This document shows positions 1 to 13,549 of a stretch of DNA of 64,000 nucleotides, one piece after another; position 1 is the stretch's first letter; the number at the start of each line of letters is the position of its first letter. Location of the stretch: positions 97,092,001 to 97,156,000 of the forward strand of contig NC_043001.1 in the NCBI RefSeq assembly GCF_006345805.1, in the 5' to 3' direction. The DNA is from Octopus sinensis. Taxonomy: Eukaryota. A model generated the notes under the pieces. The model had not been told where the DNA came from and did not search any database. It saw only the letters and a list, made by a program, of their open reading frames with translations. The translations under genes were made by a program, and so were the position numbers.

Positions 1-651
1 TACAAAAAGAATGAAACCAACTTTTTCGACTAAGAGAGAAGTAAAAGACGAGATAAAAGATATAACGCGGGCAGTGGAATTTGTACCGAACATGTAAGAT
101 TCTGGGCTAGGCTACCCTTTCTCAAACGTTTACGCGCCGTCAGATTTTTCACGTCTCTCTGAGCAGAGGGGTCTCTCCTTGGAGCGCAGGACCATGAGTT
201 CTGATGAACGATTTGGTGTACAAGATGCGACAAGGAAAGCAATCTGTCCCCAGTCTTGCGGACGTAAGTTTTCGAGACCCTGTAGTGAATATGACTATTG
301 AGTATTGATGAAACGCAAAGTTCATTCTATGTTAGCAAGAAACGCTTCTGTTTCAATATGATCCTAGATATACCTTCCTAATATATAACAGCTATTATAT
401 GAGCTCTCGCATAATTATTATTTATGGCGATATTTAAAATCAGCTAAAATGACTGAAAATCCAACAGTGTTTCTTGCAAAGACAACATTATATTGGTCTG
501 AAAGTTCCAAGTTTGTTTCACAAGGATCCGATCTTTAACAAGCAGTTTTCTTTCACCGAAGCATTTACTTTTAAAAACGCCCTTATACATACACACACAC
601 ACACACACACAATATATATATATATATTTGCTTGTATATATACGTATATTC

Positions 652-684
<33 letters not shown>

Positions 685-703
685 GTTTGCATATATAAGT
701 ATA

Positions 704-777
<74 letters not shown>

Positions 778-815
778 ATAAGTATGTTTGTATATATACG
801 TATATTCGTACACAT

Positions 816-859
<44 letters not shown>

Positions 860-865
<6 letters not shown>

Positions 866-1012
866 TCCGGTTTTCCGTCCTTGTTTTGTATACATTCGAG
901 GCTTTCTTCCAAGGAATCTAATGCGCTTGGCTTAGATTTTCCTTTGGGGCTGGCCAGATCGGAGCAATCTCAAGATTAATCAGTCGAAATTGCGAAGATG
1001 ATCCGGTTCTTA
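860..1012. repeat. Interspersed repeat (family D), also at 16812-16965
   Basis: About 150 bp TCGTCCGGTTTT...GGGGCTGGCC.GATCGGAGC.ATCTCAAGATTAATCAG.CGAAATTGC...GATGATCCGGTTCTT occurs at both sites next to (TA)n. Confidence 0.85.
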
Positions 1013-1833
1013 TGTATATTATTCAGATGCTATTCTATTCTCAGTTATGTAATTTATAAGCACATAGACGTCAACATTACTCTAGTGACGAAAAACAAAT
1101 TTCCAAGAAAGACAATAGTAAAGCACTGCTTACAGTTGCTAATGGCTCCGCTACACTACATCAAAAATACTACCTTGCATCTAATTACTTAATCTCATTT
1201 TTTTTTTGCTTACTAATATATTCTATTCGTCTCTGAGACAGCTAATCACTCACCATCTCTGGTTTAGGCCCAGGTGATTTAGCCACGCATCCCCAACTTT
1301 ATTGAATATACAGTATCTTAAAGCTGGGTACTCTCGCTTTCAATATATACAATACGACGAAGACTACTAAAAAAATTTCCATTGTATGTTATTTTATAGA
1401 ATTTCGAGTTTGTGTTAGATTCTCAAAGCATACCACTTAAGGTAAACGTTATACTAACAACAATATATAATTACAAGTTATATATCAAGAGACAAGAATT
1501 TGTATGTATGTGAGTGTATGTGTTTGCGTGTGCTAGTGTGGACGCATGCATGTGTAATCATTGACAATGGTGTTTCATAAACGTGTTACTCTAAACAAGA
1601 CGAGAACTTTCAATGATTTGGATCCCTTTATAACTAAATACTTCTGTCATTACATATTTATATTTGTTTCAAGCTCTAAAAACATATTGTGGTAATAAGC
1701 TTGCTTCCCAACCACATGGTTCTTGTTTCAGTTCCACTGCGGGAGACCTTGGGCAAGTGTCAACTAATATAGCCTCGGGCTGACCAGAGCCTTGCGAATG
1801 AATTTGGTTGAAGCAAACTGAAAGTAGCCCAAC

Positions 1834-1893
<60 letters not shown>

Positions 1894-1899
<6 letters not shown>

Positions 1900-2055
1900 A
1901 TTAGAGACAAAACCACTATTAGGCAAATCATACAATGGAAAACTTAAGCCAATACATAAGATTATTTAATTTATATTATTTAAATATTCTTATGAATTGG
2001 CTTAAGTTTTTCATTGTATGATTTGCCTAATAGTGGTTTTGTCTCTAATTTAATA
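1894..2055. repeat. 162-bp inverted repeat (about 76-bp arms, short AT spacer)
   Basis: TATTAAATTAGAGACAAAACCACTATTAGGCAAATC... and its reverse complement, 3 mismatches. Confidence 0.95.
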
Positions 2056-2132
2056 TAATATAATATTTTACTATAAAATTGGATTCAATCCTAAATCTGA
2101 TTTTTCCCTGTAAGTTTGGATTTATTCCCTAA

Positions 2133-2169
<37 letters not shown>

Positions 2170-2194
2170 ATATATATTATATATAATATATATA

Positions 2195-2225
<31 letters not shown>

Positions 2226-2391
2226 ACAATAGGGTAATAAGAAAATATTATTACCAGTGGCCTAGCATTAGACTATATATTACTCACATAGAAATACAAT
2301 AAGAAGCTTCCAAATAGGAAAGCCTTGTGCTAGAAAGAGCAGTAGAAAACTCAAAACCACCACATATATATATATATATATATATTATATA

Positions 2392-3547
2392 TTCTTTTTT
2401 TTCTTTTTCCTCGTCTGTCTTGATAGACAATGGGTTGCGCCAAGGGTGGGGCCTACTTTGATGATGTGCAGCGTCTGCTGTGACTGAACAGTCCAATTCT
2501 AGAGTGGCAGTCCTTGGTACATTTGCTGCACACGAACATCGATGGGTACGTGTGGGGTGTTGCTGCAGTTGTCCTCCTCCTGTCCCGCCTGTCCAACCAC
2601 AGCTGTGCTCTCCTCTCCTCAGCCATGGAAACGCCTTTCCTCACCGTCCGACGCCAGGCAGAGCGGTCAGCAGCTGTTTCCTCCCACGTGCCCACACAGA
2701 TGTTGGCAGTCCTCAGGTCGCGCTTGCACACGTCCCTGTATCGTAGCTGTGGACGTCCCTTGGGTCGGGATCCCGTGGTGAGTTCGCTGTACAGGATGTC
2801 TTTAGGCATGCGACCGTCCTGCATGCAGCAGACGTGTCCGAGCCAGGAGGGTATACATGCTTGGCATATTAGTCTGTTCCAGGATGACTCCGTTTGGTAC
2901 TCGGTCCTTCCAGGAGATGCCAAGTATCCGTCGAAGACACCGCATGTGGAAGCCGCTGAGGCGGCATTCCTGCCGGGTGTGTGTTGTCCAGCTCTCACTG
3001 CCGTAGAGTAGGGTGCTCAGCACGCAGGCTCGGTACACTGCGATCTTGGTGGTTATTGTGAGCATGTTGTTTTCCCACACTCTCCTGGAGAGCTTAGCCA
3101 TGGCAGCAGCAGCCTTCCGAATCCGTCTGTTCAGCTCCGGCTCGAGGGACAGGTGCTGGAGACCATCGATCCCAGGTAAGTGAACTCGTTCACCACCTGC
3201 AAGCTGTGGTCGCCGACACTGATGCTGGGGACCCCTCCGATGTCCTGGCCCATGATCTCTGTCTTTTTCAGGCTGATGGTAAGGCCGAACTCTTGGCAGG
3301 CATCCGCCAGGGAGCTGACCAGCCTCTGGAGACCCGGTTGGTTGTGTGATGTTAGGGCGGCATCGTCAGCAAAGAGGATCTCTCTGATCAGCACCTGACG
3401 GACTTTGGTCTTAGCTCTGAGGCGCGCAAGATTGAACAATCCACCATCAGCCCTGGTATGGAGAAACACTCCGTCGTCGGACGTTCTGAAGGCATAGGAC
3501 AGGACAAGTGAGAAGAAAATTCCGAAGAGCGTCGGCGCCAGAACGCA

Positions 3548-3551
<4 letters not shown>
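2392..3551 (-). mobile_element. 5'-truncated RTE-clade (BovB-like) LINE
   Basis: (Q)GCVLAPTLFGIFFS...LFNLARLRAKTKVRQVLIREILFADDAAL...GLTISLKKT...YLGS...LLYGSESWT...RPKGRPQLRYRD...CTKDCHSRIGLFSHSRRC*. Several frameshifts. Short 3' tail; (TA)n on both sides. Confidence 0.95.
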
Positions 3552-3588
<37 letters not shown>

Positions 3589-3589
3589 A

Positions 3590-3621
<32 letters not shown>

Positions 3622-5015
3622 GCATATATATATACATACATACCTATATAGTTGTGTGTATTTTGTTTGTATCTCCCATCATCGCTTGACAACCGATGCT
3701 GGTGTGTTTACACCCACGTAATTAGCAGTTCGGTAAAATAGACCGATAGAATAAGTACCAGGCATACAAAGAATAAGTCCACGGATCAATTTTTTCGACT
3801 AAAAGCACTGCTCCAGCATAGCCGCAGTCAAATGACTCAAAGAAGTGAAAAGATATAAGAATAAAAGAATAAATTGACCCGCACATTTTCACACGAGTTC
3901 GATAAATAGGAAAAATGCTTACGCATAAATGAAAGCATAGAGCTATGCACTGAAAGAGAATGTATGTTTTCACTGATCTACATAAGATGTGAGATAATGT
4001 TACTTTTTCATTCGAGTAAAAAAGGAAATATTAATGAAGAGACCATAAGCTTTGTCTCTTCTTTTGCGTATAAGAAACGTGTAAAATAAATAACAACAAA
4101 GCAACAACTATATTGTAATATACCATGAAATGAATATTATCTTTTCATGTATCTACATAGCATACTTAAGTTCTGCAGGAAAAAATACAATTTACGTTAA
4201 CAAAACTGAATGCAGAACAAAAAGAGGGTTTATTCTTTGTTATAGTCAAAATATTCCATTACATTTATTCGTAGAAGAATCTGTAAAAGTAAATTTATAA
4301 TGTGTGAATTTACGATCATATCTTTCACAATAACCGTTCCTGTTTGGTGAGTCTTGCTTTTACTGTTAAAAAAAATATACGTAACTATATTTTATCTAAT
4401 AGTGTTGTAAAGATACTAAGCCTTAGATTGTGTATATTCGTGACTGTCGCAAAAAAGGAAACAATTCGATGTTGGTTGTTTAAACAAATCTGAACATCCT
4501 AATCTTCCAAAGAAAATATCACATAACACATATTTACATGGTTAAGTGTGGTATACCAGTTAAGTGCAATATTGTGGTAAAGTCCAAATACATTGTCTTA
4601 TCTTTGTATTTTTATTAGTACGAATGTTAACCATAACTGTGTTATCTGACACTACAGACGTTCCAATTATGACCAGCGTAGATTTACGGCATACGCAGCT
4701 TTAATAGAAACAAAAAAATATTTAGTAAACTCCGCGCATCATTGCAACAGACAGCTTCTAGAGCTTAGATGGTGCTCATATTCAAAATAACTAAATAATT
4801 GGTGTTTACTGTGCAATGCTGTATCCTTTTGACTACAATGAGACGTTGCTAACCAATATTGCGCGGGTGACAAATTTTCCCACGGCTGATAAAAAAAGTA
4901 AGTGCATCACATGCTTTTAATGGTTTAACGTTGTACAACAAACACATGGATAATTACACACACTCGCACACATACATACGCACACAGGCACACACATACA
5001 GCTATATATATAATA

Positions 5016-5059
<44 letters not shown>

Positions 5060-5678
5060 GTATATACATACATACACATACATATAAAAATATACATATA
5101 TTTTTGTATATATATATATGTATATGTAAATATATATATATATACTATACACAGATAGGTAGGTAGATAGATATAGATACATACTATACATCGTACGAAA
5201 TAAGTTCATGTACGAGGTGAATGAGTATATACATATATATACATACATACACATATATATATATATAATACTTGTCTCAGAATGTATTTTATTTCAAGTT
5301 TTCTCGTTCGGTAATCATTAAAAAAGAACAAAATATCTTACTAATAAATACATTTTCAATATATATATATAAATATAGATAAACTAAGTTGTTACCTAGT
5401 TTAATACCGTGCATAGCGGAAAATCTATTACAAGAAAAATGATGGAAAATATTATTTGCAAATTCTAAAAATATAATATAGTATATTTGTAAATAAGAAT
5501 TTATAGTATCTTATTTACTGAGTTTCTTAACATATTACAAATTTTATAAATAATCTCTTTCAGTATTTACATGTATATTTTATATTTGTTCTTAATATAC
5601 GTAGGAAAAAATAAACTAACAAAATATTTCAATAATTTATGTTCGTACATTTCATTTACGCATATGTACATATATACG

Positions 5679-5715
<37 letters not shown>

Positions 5716-5908
5716 AGAGAGAAAGAGTGAGAGAGAGAGAGAGAAAGGGAGAGAGGAGCGAAGAAAAGAGACAGACGATGAGAGGAGGGAAAGACAGAGA
5801 GACAGAAAGCGATGCAGACATACATATGTATTCATGTGTGTGTGTGTGTGTGTGTATATATGTATATATATGTGTATATATATATATATACTATATATAT
5901 ATATATAT

Positions 5909-6182
<274 letters not shown>

Positions 6183-6844
6183 TATATGCATATATATATG
6201 TATCAATCTATGAATCTATCTATCTCTATATATACGCATTCGCGCGCACACACATACATATTCAAGATTGGTAGAGAGGCTTACACATATATAGAGATAT
6301 TCACACATGCTCAATACACATACACATAGACATATAAGCAAATGGGAGGTCATTTGTACGTGCACACATTGATTTACATATATGCATATATAATCATGCT
6401 TTAGTGTATACCTACCCACGCATACACGTGAATTACAAATACAAATGCAGAACGAAGGAGAGAAAGAGAGTGCCAAAGAGGAAGAGAGAGAGAGAGGGAG
6501 GGCGAGGGAGAGGGAGTGGGAGTGAACTGTTGAAAGTTAATAAAATATTGATACATTATAATTCTTGCAATTTTATTATAGCAACTGTATGTGCTGGGTA
6601 TATTAATGTAGTTGCCAATTGCCAAATATTTTATTGTTTTATTGGCGAACACATTTTCAAGTCTTTCTTTGCTACTTATCTTGAAGCGATAATTAACACA
6701 TAGGAAGAGATGGAATATAAGAATGGTAAGTTACGATTAGTTGAAGAGTTTATTTGTACTGCAGTGCTGAATTTAAGAAATATTGCATTAATTTCCTGCT
6801 CGTTAGCATAATGTTAAACATAGCTGTTTTAAAAATAAATGGGG

Positions 6845-6905
<61 letters not shown>

Positions 6906-6949
6906 GTCTGTCTGACTGTCTGTCTCTCTGTCTGCCTACCTAACTCTTC

Positions 6950-6985
<36 letters not shown>

Positions 6986-7559
6986 ATATATAATGTCGTT
7001 GTCAAGAAGTAGATCTGCAGCTACAGATCAACTACATGTATCCGATTTCTTCAATCTGAAGGATGCGAAGGGTATGGGTGTGACTAAATTGGTTATTGAG
7101 TCTAAGAGGGCAGAATAGAGAAATCAGGGGCATGTATCGCAGGAGAGAGTTTGCTGGAAACGAGGATTTGCCAGTCACTCTTTAATTCTATGATTTCTGG
7201 TCTCTACCCCTTTGACGTGTGTTATTTTCCATCAGTTATATTCCTTTCCCAATTATGTGCCGTTAATCGGGTCTGACTTTGAAGATTGTCCTCCGGATAT
7301 TTCTGTGAAACAAGCAGCGAAGGATAGAGGCTTGGCGCTTTTCAAGGAAACGGGATTTACAGCAAAGTTGCGTATGAAGCATACATACGATGGGTCCCGT
7401 TCAGCGGAGGCGATTTCGTGTCACGATGCTTTCGAAGCTGAGCAGTCTGGCCTAGTGTAGAACATTTTCATCGGTAGCATAGTCCATCCATCTAATCCTC
7501 ATGATTGCGTGAAGTTGTGCTGTTCTTCAAGTATTGTCGATGCAACACCCAAGTTTTGT

Positions 7560-8348
7560 CGATGACCTTAAACACTGTTGTGCATACCTATTAAATTTAT
7601 CGTTCTAGCTTAATACCTTTGTTTACAGCTGTGCTTTGAAGGAAGCTGTGTAGCTTGTGATCGTCGCATTGACTATGGAAAAGAAAGTTGAGGAGAGAAT
7701 CTGCACCAAAATTTCGCCAAAAGCTTGGCGATACCTGTTCAGAGGCCTACGCAAAGCTTTCAGAAAATTTTCATCGTTCTCGGTATAATCGAGATCTTGT
7801 GCACCTGAAACTCTTTTTTGTGGCGGGGAATTCACCTGAAAGCAGCTTTGGTACAAAGTTGCTAGGCACGCGTCCCATACCAAAATCTTCAGTGATAAGT
7901 GACTGAACTGTAACTAGTCTGCCCATCTTCTGAAAACTTACGGATTGTGATTCGACAATTTCTCCTCACATCTGCAAGCACATGCGATGTTTCTCTCAGT
8001 TCAGCTGGTCGCGGATTTTTCAAAATGTTTGTCAATATCGCCATTTTTTCGGCCATCATGGAAACGTCTGAGGCACTCGTACGCATCTGTGCGGCTCATT
8101 CGCTCTTCTCCATACAATTTCTGCAACTTTGCATAGGTTTCTCAGAAGGTATAGCCAGGAAAACTTTCTTTGTCATGGTCAAGGCGACGACCACACGCTA
8201 CACATATTCCTTCAAAGCACTGCTGTGAACAGGGGAGGTGAGCTAAACATTAAAAGTTAGTGCACATGCACAGCAGAGGTAAAGGTCAATATGTACCAAG
8301 CGGCGTCATTCGGGGTACATTAGCACCGTTACTGTGTAACAGTTCGTA
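7560..8348. mobile_element. Two mariner 5' fragments fused in inverted orientation
   Basis: Plus strand: ATG 7675, MEKKVEERICTK/RQKLGDTCSEAYAKL. Minus strand 8170-7765: TYAKLQKLYGEERMSRTDAYECLRRFHDGR...RITIRKFSED...VQSLITEDFGMGRVPSNFVPKLL...ENDENFL. Homologous 5' leaders lie at 7560-7690 (+) and 8290-8165 (-). Confidence 0.8.
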
Positions 8349-8368
8349 TACTTTCTGTATATATATAT

Positions 8369-8879
8369 GGACCTTTTCGGTTTGAACGGCAGATTTTAAC
8401 ATAATTTCTAGGTAACTAAAAAAATTTAAACTTTATATACTGGTAGAATGCGTTAATAAAACATTTTTTCTCTTGCCTTTATTGAAAAAGTTGTATAGTT
8501 TGTAAGATATTTGTTGTTTTTTTTCTTCAATTTCTGCAATTTCAACCAATCAGTGACGTCCATTGAGTTAAAAAGCATTCTGTGTCGTATGAATATGTCC
8601 CTCGTTTAAGAAACAGATTGGGTTTATTTATATGCAATTTCAACCAATCAGTGACGTCCATTGAGTTAAAAAGCATTCTGTGTCGTATGAATATGTCCCT
8701 CGTTTAAGAAACAGATTGGGTTTATTTATATTTGGGAAGAAAAAAAATACCCTTCCCCCACCCCTAACCCTAACGCTAAAAGAGATTGAAATGCAATAGA
8801 TCGATTCTAGGGTCATAATTATGGGTGGCAATTTCATATGGCACCGCTAGAAAAAACTGCCGTTCCAACCGAAAAGATC

Positions 8880-8880
<1 letters not shown>
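8369..8880. mobile_element. MITE / non-autonomous DNA transposon inserted in (TA)n
   Basis: TIRs GGACCTTTTCGGTTTGAACGGCAG (8369) and CTGCCGTTCCAACCGAAAAGATCC (to 8880) with 2 mismatches; TA flanks; no ORF. Confidence 0.8.
8535..8730 (+). repeat. Exact 98-bp tandem duplication inside the MITE
   Basis: 8535-8632 equals 8633-8730. Confidence 0.95.
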
Positions 8881-8949
<69 letters not shown>

Positions 8950-9334
8950 TATATAATATATATATAATGTATGTATATATATATATATATATATATATTA
9001 ATATATATATGTATATATATATATATATATATAATATATATATAATATAATATATATATGGACACCCTATATTATTGGTGTTGTTCAAACGATGAATAGC
9101 CTTCGCGTAAATCACTGGTTCTTTTTGTTCTCTTCTTTATAATCATCTCATAATCATCTCATAATAATGACCTTTATGACTCGTAATACTACCTCAGTCA
9201 ATCTAAATGTATTATTTGTCACTACCTGTCATAAATACCCTTTTTCTATTTGCAATGTGCATTTTTGTTGATTTTTCATATTTTACCCTTACATTTCCAC
9301 GTGTATTTTATATTTTCTTTTCGTAACATATTTC

Positions 9335-9422
<88 letters not shown>

Positions 9423-9748
9423 AAGTGATATATATATAATGTAAATATATATATTTATATATTGATATATATATATGTATGTAAATATATATATATCTAT
9501 ATATGTATATATATCTATATATATATCTAAATATATATGTATAGATATGTAGATATGTATATATATATATACATACATTCGTATGTATGTATATATATAT
9601 ATATACATACATGCATATGTATATATATATATTATGTATATTATTATTGGATTGAACACCTCGCATCCATTTGTAAATAATTTTATCTATCTATCTACCT
9701 ACGTATCTCTCTATCTGTCTATCTATCTATTTATCTACCTATCTAGCT

Positions 9749-9780
<32 letters not shown>

Positions 9781-9834
9781 CATTATCGATACACACACGC
9801 ATATATATAGATATGTATATCTATATATAAATAT

Positions 9835-9866
<32 letters not shown>

Positions 9867-9878
9867 ATATAATATATG

Positions 9879-9912
<34 letters not shown>

Positions 9913-10611
9913 ATATATATTATATATATATATAGATATATATATATATATATACATATATGGAGATACATACATAAATACGTACGTGTGTGTGTGTGTC
10001 TGTGTGCTTGCGTGCGTCTCTGTGCTGGTGAGTGCGTTCCTGCGTATGTGTATGTTTTTGTTTTAATAGGATTGAATAGTAGAAATTTTACATTTTATAC
10101 GCGTTCATTGGCATGAAATAAAGATTATACAATAGCTAAACGCGCAAGCACAAGTGCTGTACACCCGCTAAAATAACAATCAATTACATCTGAAATCACA
10201 AATCATAATATGCAAAGTACGTATTAGATAAGAAAATCCGAGCAGTCGTGAATGATGACCGCGTTAGTAACGTAATACCATTCACGATCGTAGGTCTCTC
10301 CGATCATAACTAAGTCTGCTAATTAGCATCATAGATTACTGCAGATTAAAACCATCGCTGCATCGTTGATGTTTCTAAGTAAAAAGATAATTGGGGTCTC
10401 CATATTTCAAAGTTTCCTTTTAAATGCCTAGATCCACAAACTTCTATCCAAGATTTTTTTTTTTTTGTATAATTTCATTTACTATTCCCAGAATATATTA
10501 CTAACAATTCTGACCATAATCATGCTATTCCTGGCCTCTGACTGATTTCATTTCCGTTCGCAATGCCTTTATTATCTTAAATTCATTTTCTTATCAACTC
10601 TACATACTTTG

Positions 10612-10614
<3 letters not shown>

Positions 10615-10644
<30 letters not shown>

Positions 10645-10742
10645 TGTATGTATGTATGTATGTATGTATGTATGTATGTATGTATGTATGTATGTATGTA
10701 TGTATGTATGTATGTATTTATGTATGTATGTATGTATGTATA
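10615..10742 (+). repeat. (TATG)n microsatellite; similar at 17430-17515 and 51568-51650
   Basis: Direct reading. Confidence 0.95.
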
Positions 10743-10797
10743 AATATATATATATGTATATATATATATATAATTATATATATTATATATATAAATA

Positions 10798-10850
<53 letters not shown>

Positions 10851-11084
10851 ATATATATATAATTATATATATATATATATGTATGTATATTTATATATGT
10901 ATGTATATTTATATGTATATAAGCATATATATATATATATATATGCTCTCCATTTTATCCTCATCGACTCATTGTACAATAAGTACTATGTAGAAGCATT
11001 TTCGTTCTTCCCAATCTATACAATCCTTCGTTAATTTTAAATCAATAGATTACCTTTATACTTAGTTTTTGTTTTGTTTTTGTT

Positions 11085-11291
11085 TTTCCAGTTTCAGCTC
11101 TTGAGCTGTGGCCATGCTGGGGGCACCGCCATTGTGGTGAAAGAGTACAGCAGGGATCACCAACACCCCCTGCCGGAGCCTCGTAGAGCTTTTAGGTGTT
11201 TTCGCTCAATAAACACACACAACGCCCGGTCTGAGAATCGAAACCGCGATCCTGCGACCGCGAGTCCGCTGCCCTAACCACTAGGCCATTA
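11085..11291 (-). mobile_element. Chimeric SINE, near-identical to 27596-27810
   Basis: Same junction; only a few differences over about 205 bp. Confidence 0.85.
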
Positions 11292-11645
11292 CTGAATTTC
11301 TTTTTCTCTCTATACGGATGGAAATTAAATAAACGCGCTATTATATATTTTGTATAATTCACAACCAAAATTTATCTTAGGCTTCTACCGTAATGTTCTC
11401 ATGTATTTTATCTCCCTTTGCTTTTCAGTTTTCTGACTGACATTAATAATTCACCAACGAATTATTTTCGTGAATATATTTGCAGAATATCAATGTGCAT
11501 TTATGCTTATCAATATGTGCCTCTGTATTTACACACATTCACACAGATACACACATACGCATATATATATAAATATCATTAAACATATATACATATATAA
11601 TATACACACACACACACGCACACACACACACCAACACACACACAC

Positions 11646-11739
<94 letters not shown>

Positions 11740-11774
11740 AATATATATACATATAAAGTTAATCCAAACATGAA

Positions 11775-11965
11775 AACATAAAGACAAAGCACAACAACGC
11801 GAGGACTTGGAACAAATATAGTATTACTGGACGCTCAGAAGGAAGGGAAGAAGGAGGGTTCAACGTTTCGAGCGAGCGGAGCTCTTCGCCGGAAACATAG
11901 GAGAAAGAAAGAACCAGAGAAGGGAAGACAGAGGAAAAAAAATCGCCAACGGTAGACACGCGGTC
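11775..11965 (-). mobile_element. Solo PLE pLTR-like fragment with a degenerate hammerhead
   Basis: GTTT-CCGGCGA-A-GAGC...GCTC-GAAAC-GTT-GAAC at 11859-11896 (-); flanked by microsatellites. Confidence 0.55.
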
Positions 11966-11967
11966 AC

Positions 11968-12006
<39 letters not shown>

Positions 12007-12894
12007 ATATACATGATACGAGTAGGTCTGTGTCCATGTACGTGCATATGCAACCTGTATTTTTATTCGTATACACACCAGCGTCACTCAATTTCCTAAT
12101 ATTGTGTCTTAAATACTCGTGCTACACGTTTGTTCAGACTTCCTACTGATATAAAATACAGGTGTTAAAAACGTTTAACGAACTCCATGATTATTCCTGC
12201 TGTATACTTTGGTATAGAAACTTGCTTACCCACCCCTACACCTTTTATAGGAGATTCATTTTTTCGTTCTTATGTAATGGTTTACAGTCTAAAGAAAATA
12301 TGATAAATTTCTTTTAATACTCTAAGTGATTGTGATTTAAACACTTTGTGCTATTAAAGGCAGTACTAATAAAGGCACTTCAGTTCTGAACGACTGATAC
12401 CGTAGGAAGTCACTGCATATATGGAATGTTTGCATTGGAGATGGAGAACAATAAAGCACGTGACAGGAATACTCGATGGGTAGAGTCTCACCTTTGACTG
12501 ATAACCATAATGTCGAAATTTTGGGAATATAAAGATAATAGTCACTCTGTTTTATAATGTTCCTTTTTAAATACTTTTTAAATACGAGGTTTACGCGACT
12601 TTCGATATGTTAGACAAATATCATTTTAGTTAGATAGATCAATTGATAGATGACATAAATTAGAGTGATTCATAAATGCATACATTTATGCATTGATACA
12701 TATATAATATATGCGAAACTTGCTTCCCAACCACATGATTTCAGATTCGGTTTCACTCCGTAGCACCTGGGGCAAGTGTCTTCTACTATAGCCCAGGTTC
12801 AACCAAAACCTTTTGATTGGATTTAGGGAGACGGAAGCTGAAAGAAGCTCGTCGGCTCGTTGTATATATATATATATATATATATATATTTCTC

Positions 12895-13096
12895 TCTTTT
12901 ACTTGTTTCAGTCATTTGACTGCGGCCATGCTGGAGCACCGCCTTTAATCGAGCAAATCGACCCCAGGACTTATTCTTTTGTAAGCCCAGTACTTATTCT
13001 ATCGGTCTCTTTTGCCGAACGGGGACGTAAACACACCAGCATCGGTTGTCAAGCAATGCTAGAAGGACAAACAGACACACAAACACAAACACACGC

Positions 13097-13144
<48 letters not shown>

Positions 13145-13305
13145 GATAGGCTTCTCTTAGTTTCCGTTTACCAAATCCACTCACAAGGCTTTGGTCGACC
13201 GAGGCTATAGTAGAAGACACTTGCCCAAGGTGCCACGCAGTGGGACTGAACCCGGAACCATGTGGTTTGTAAACAAGCTACTTACCACACAGCCACTCCT
13301 GCGCC
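12895..13305 (-). mobile_element. SINE family A, full length (head-only plus-strand copy adjacent at 12715-12862)
   Basis: Reverse complement of the family A consensus. Confidence 0.9.
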
Positions 13306-13343
<38 letters not shown>

Positions 13344-13516
13344 TATATTAAATTTGACTAGGCTCAAAACCTCATTCAGATTTGTAAAGACGAGAAAACG
13401 GATGTGTTGATGTTTATGCCATTCCCGACGGGGTAGGCAAGGAGTCTCGTTGAGTATTATGGCTTGAACGTAGACAATGAAACGAAAATGATTCGCAAAT
13501 CCATCTCGTCGTCAGC

Positions 13517-13549
<33 letters not shown>

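Noticed and set aside
1-300. APE endonuclease remnant (FSNVYAPS in a plus frame)
   Set aside because: Single short motif at the window edge with no GDFN or other supporting motif.
5396-5419. Helitron-like 3' end (small CCG...CGG hairpin then CTAG on the minus strand)
   Set aside because: The stem is only 3-4 bp and there is no 5' TC end or Rep/Hel coding; too weak.
8761-8779. CCCTAA telomeric repeats
   Set aside because: Only about 2.5 units, inside a MITE.
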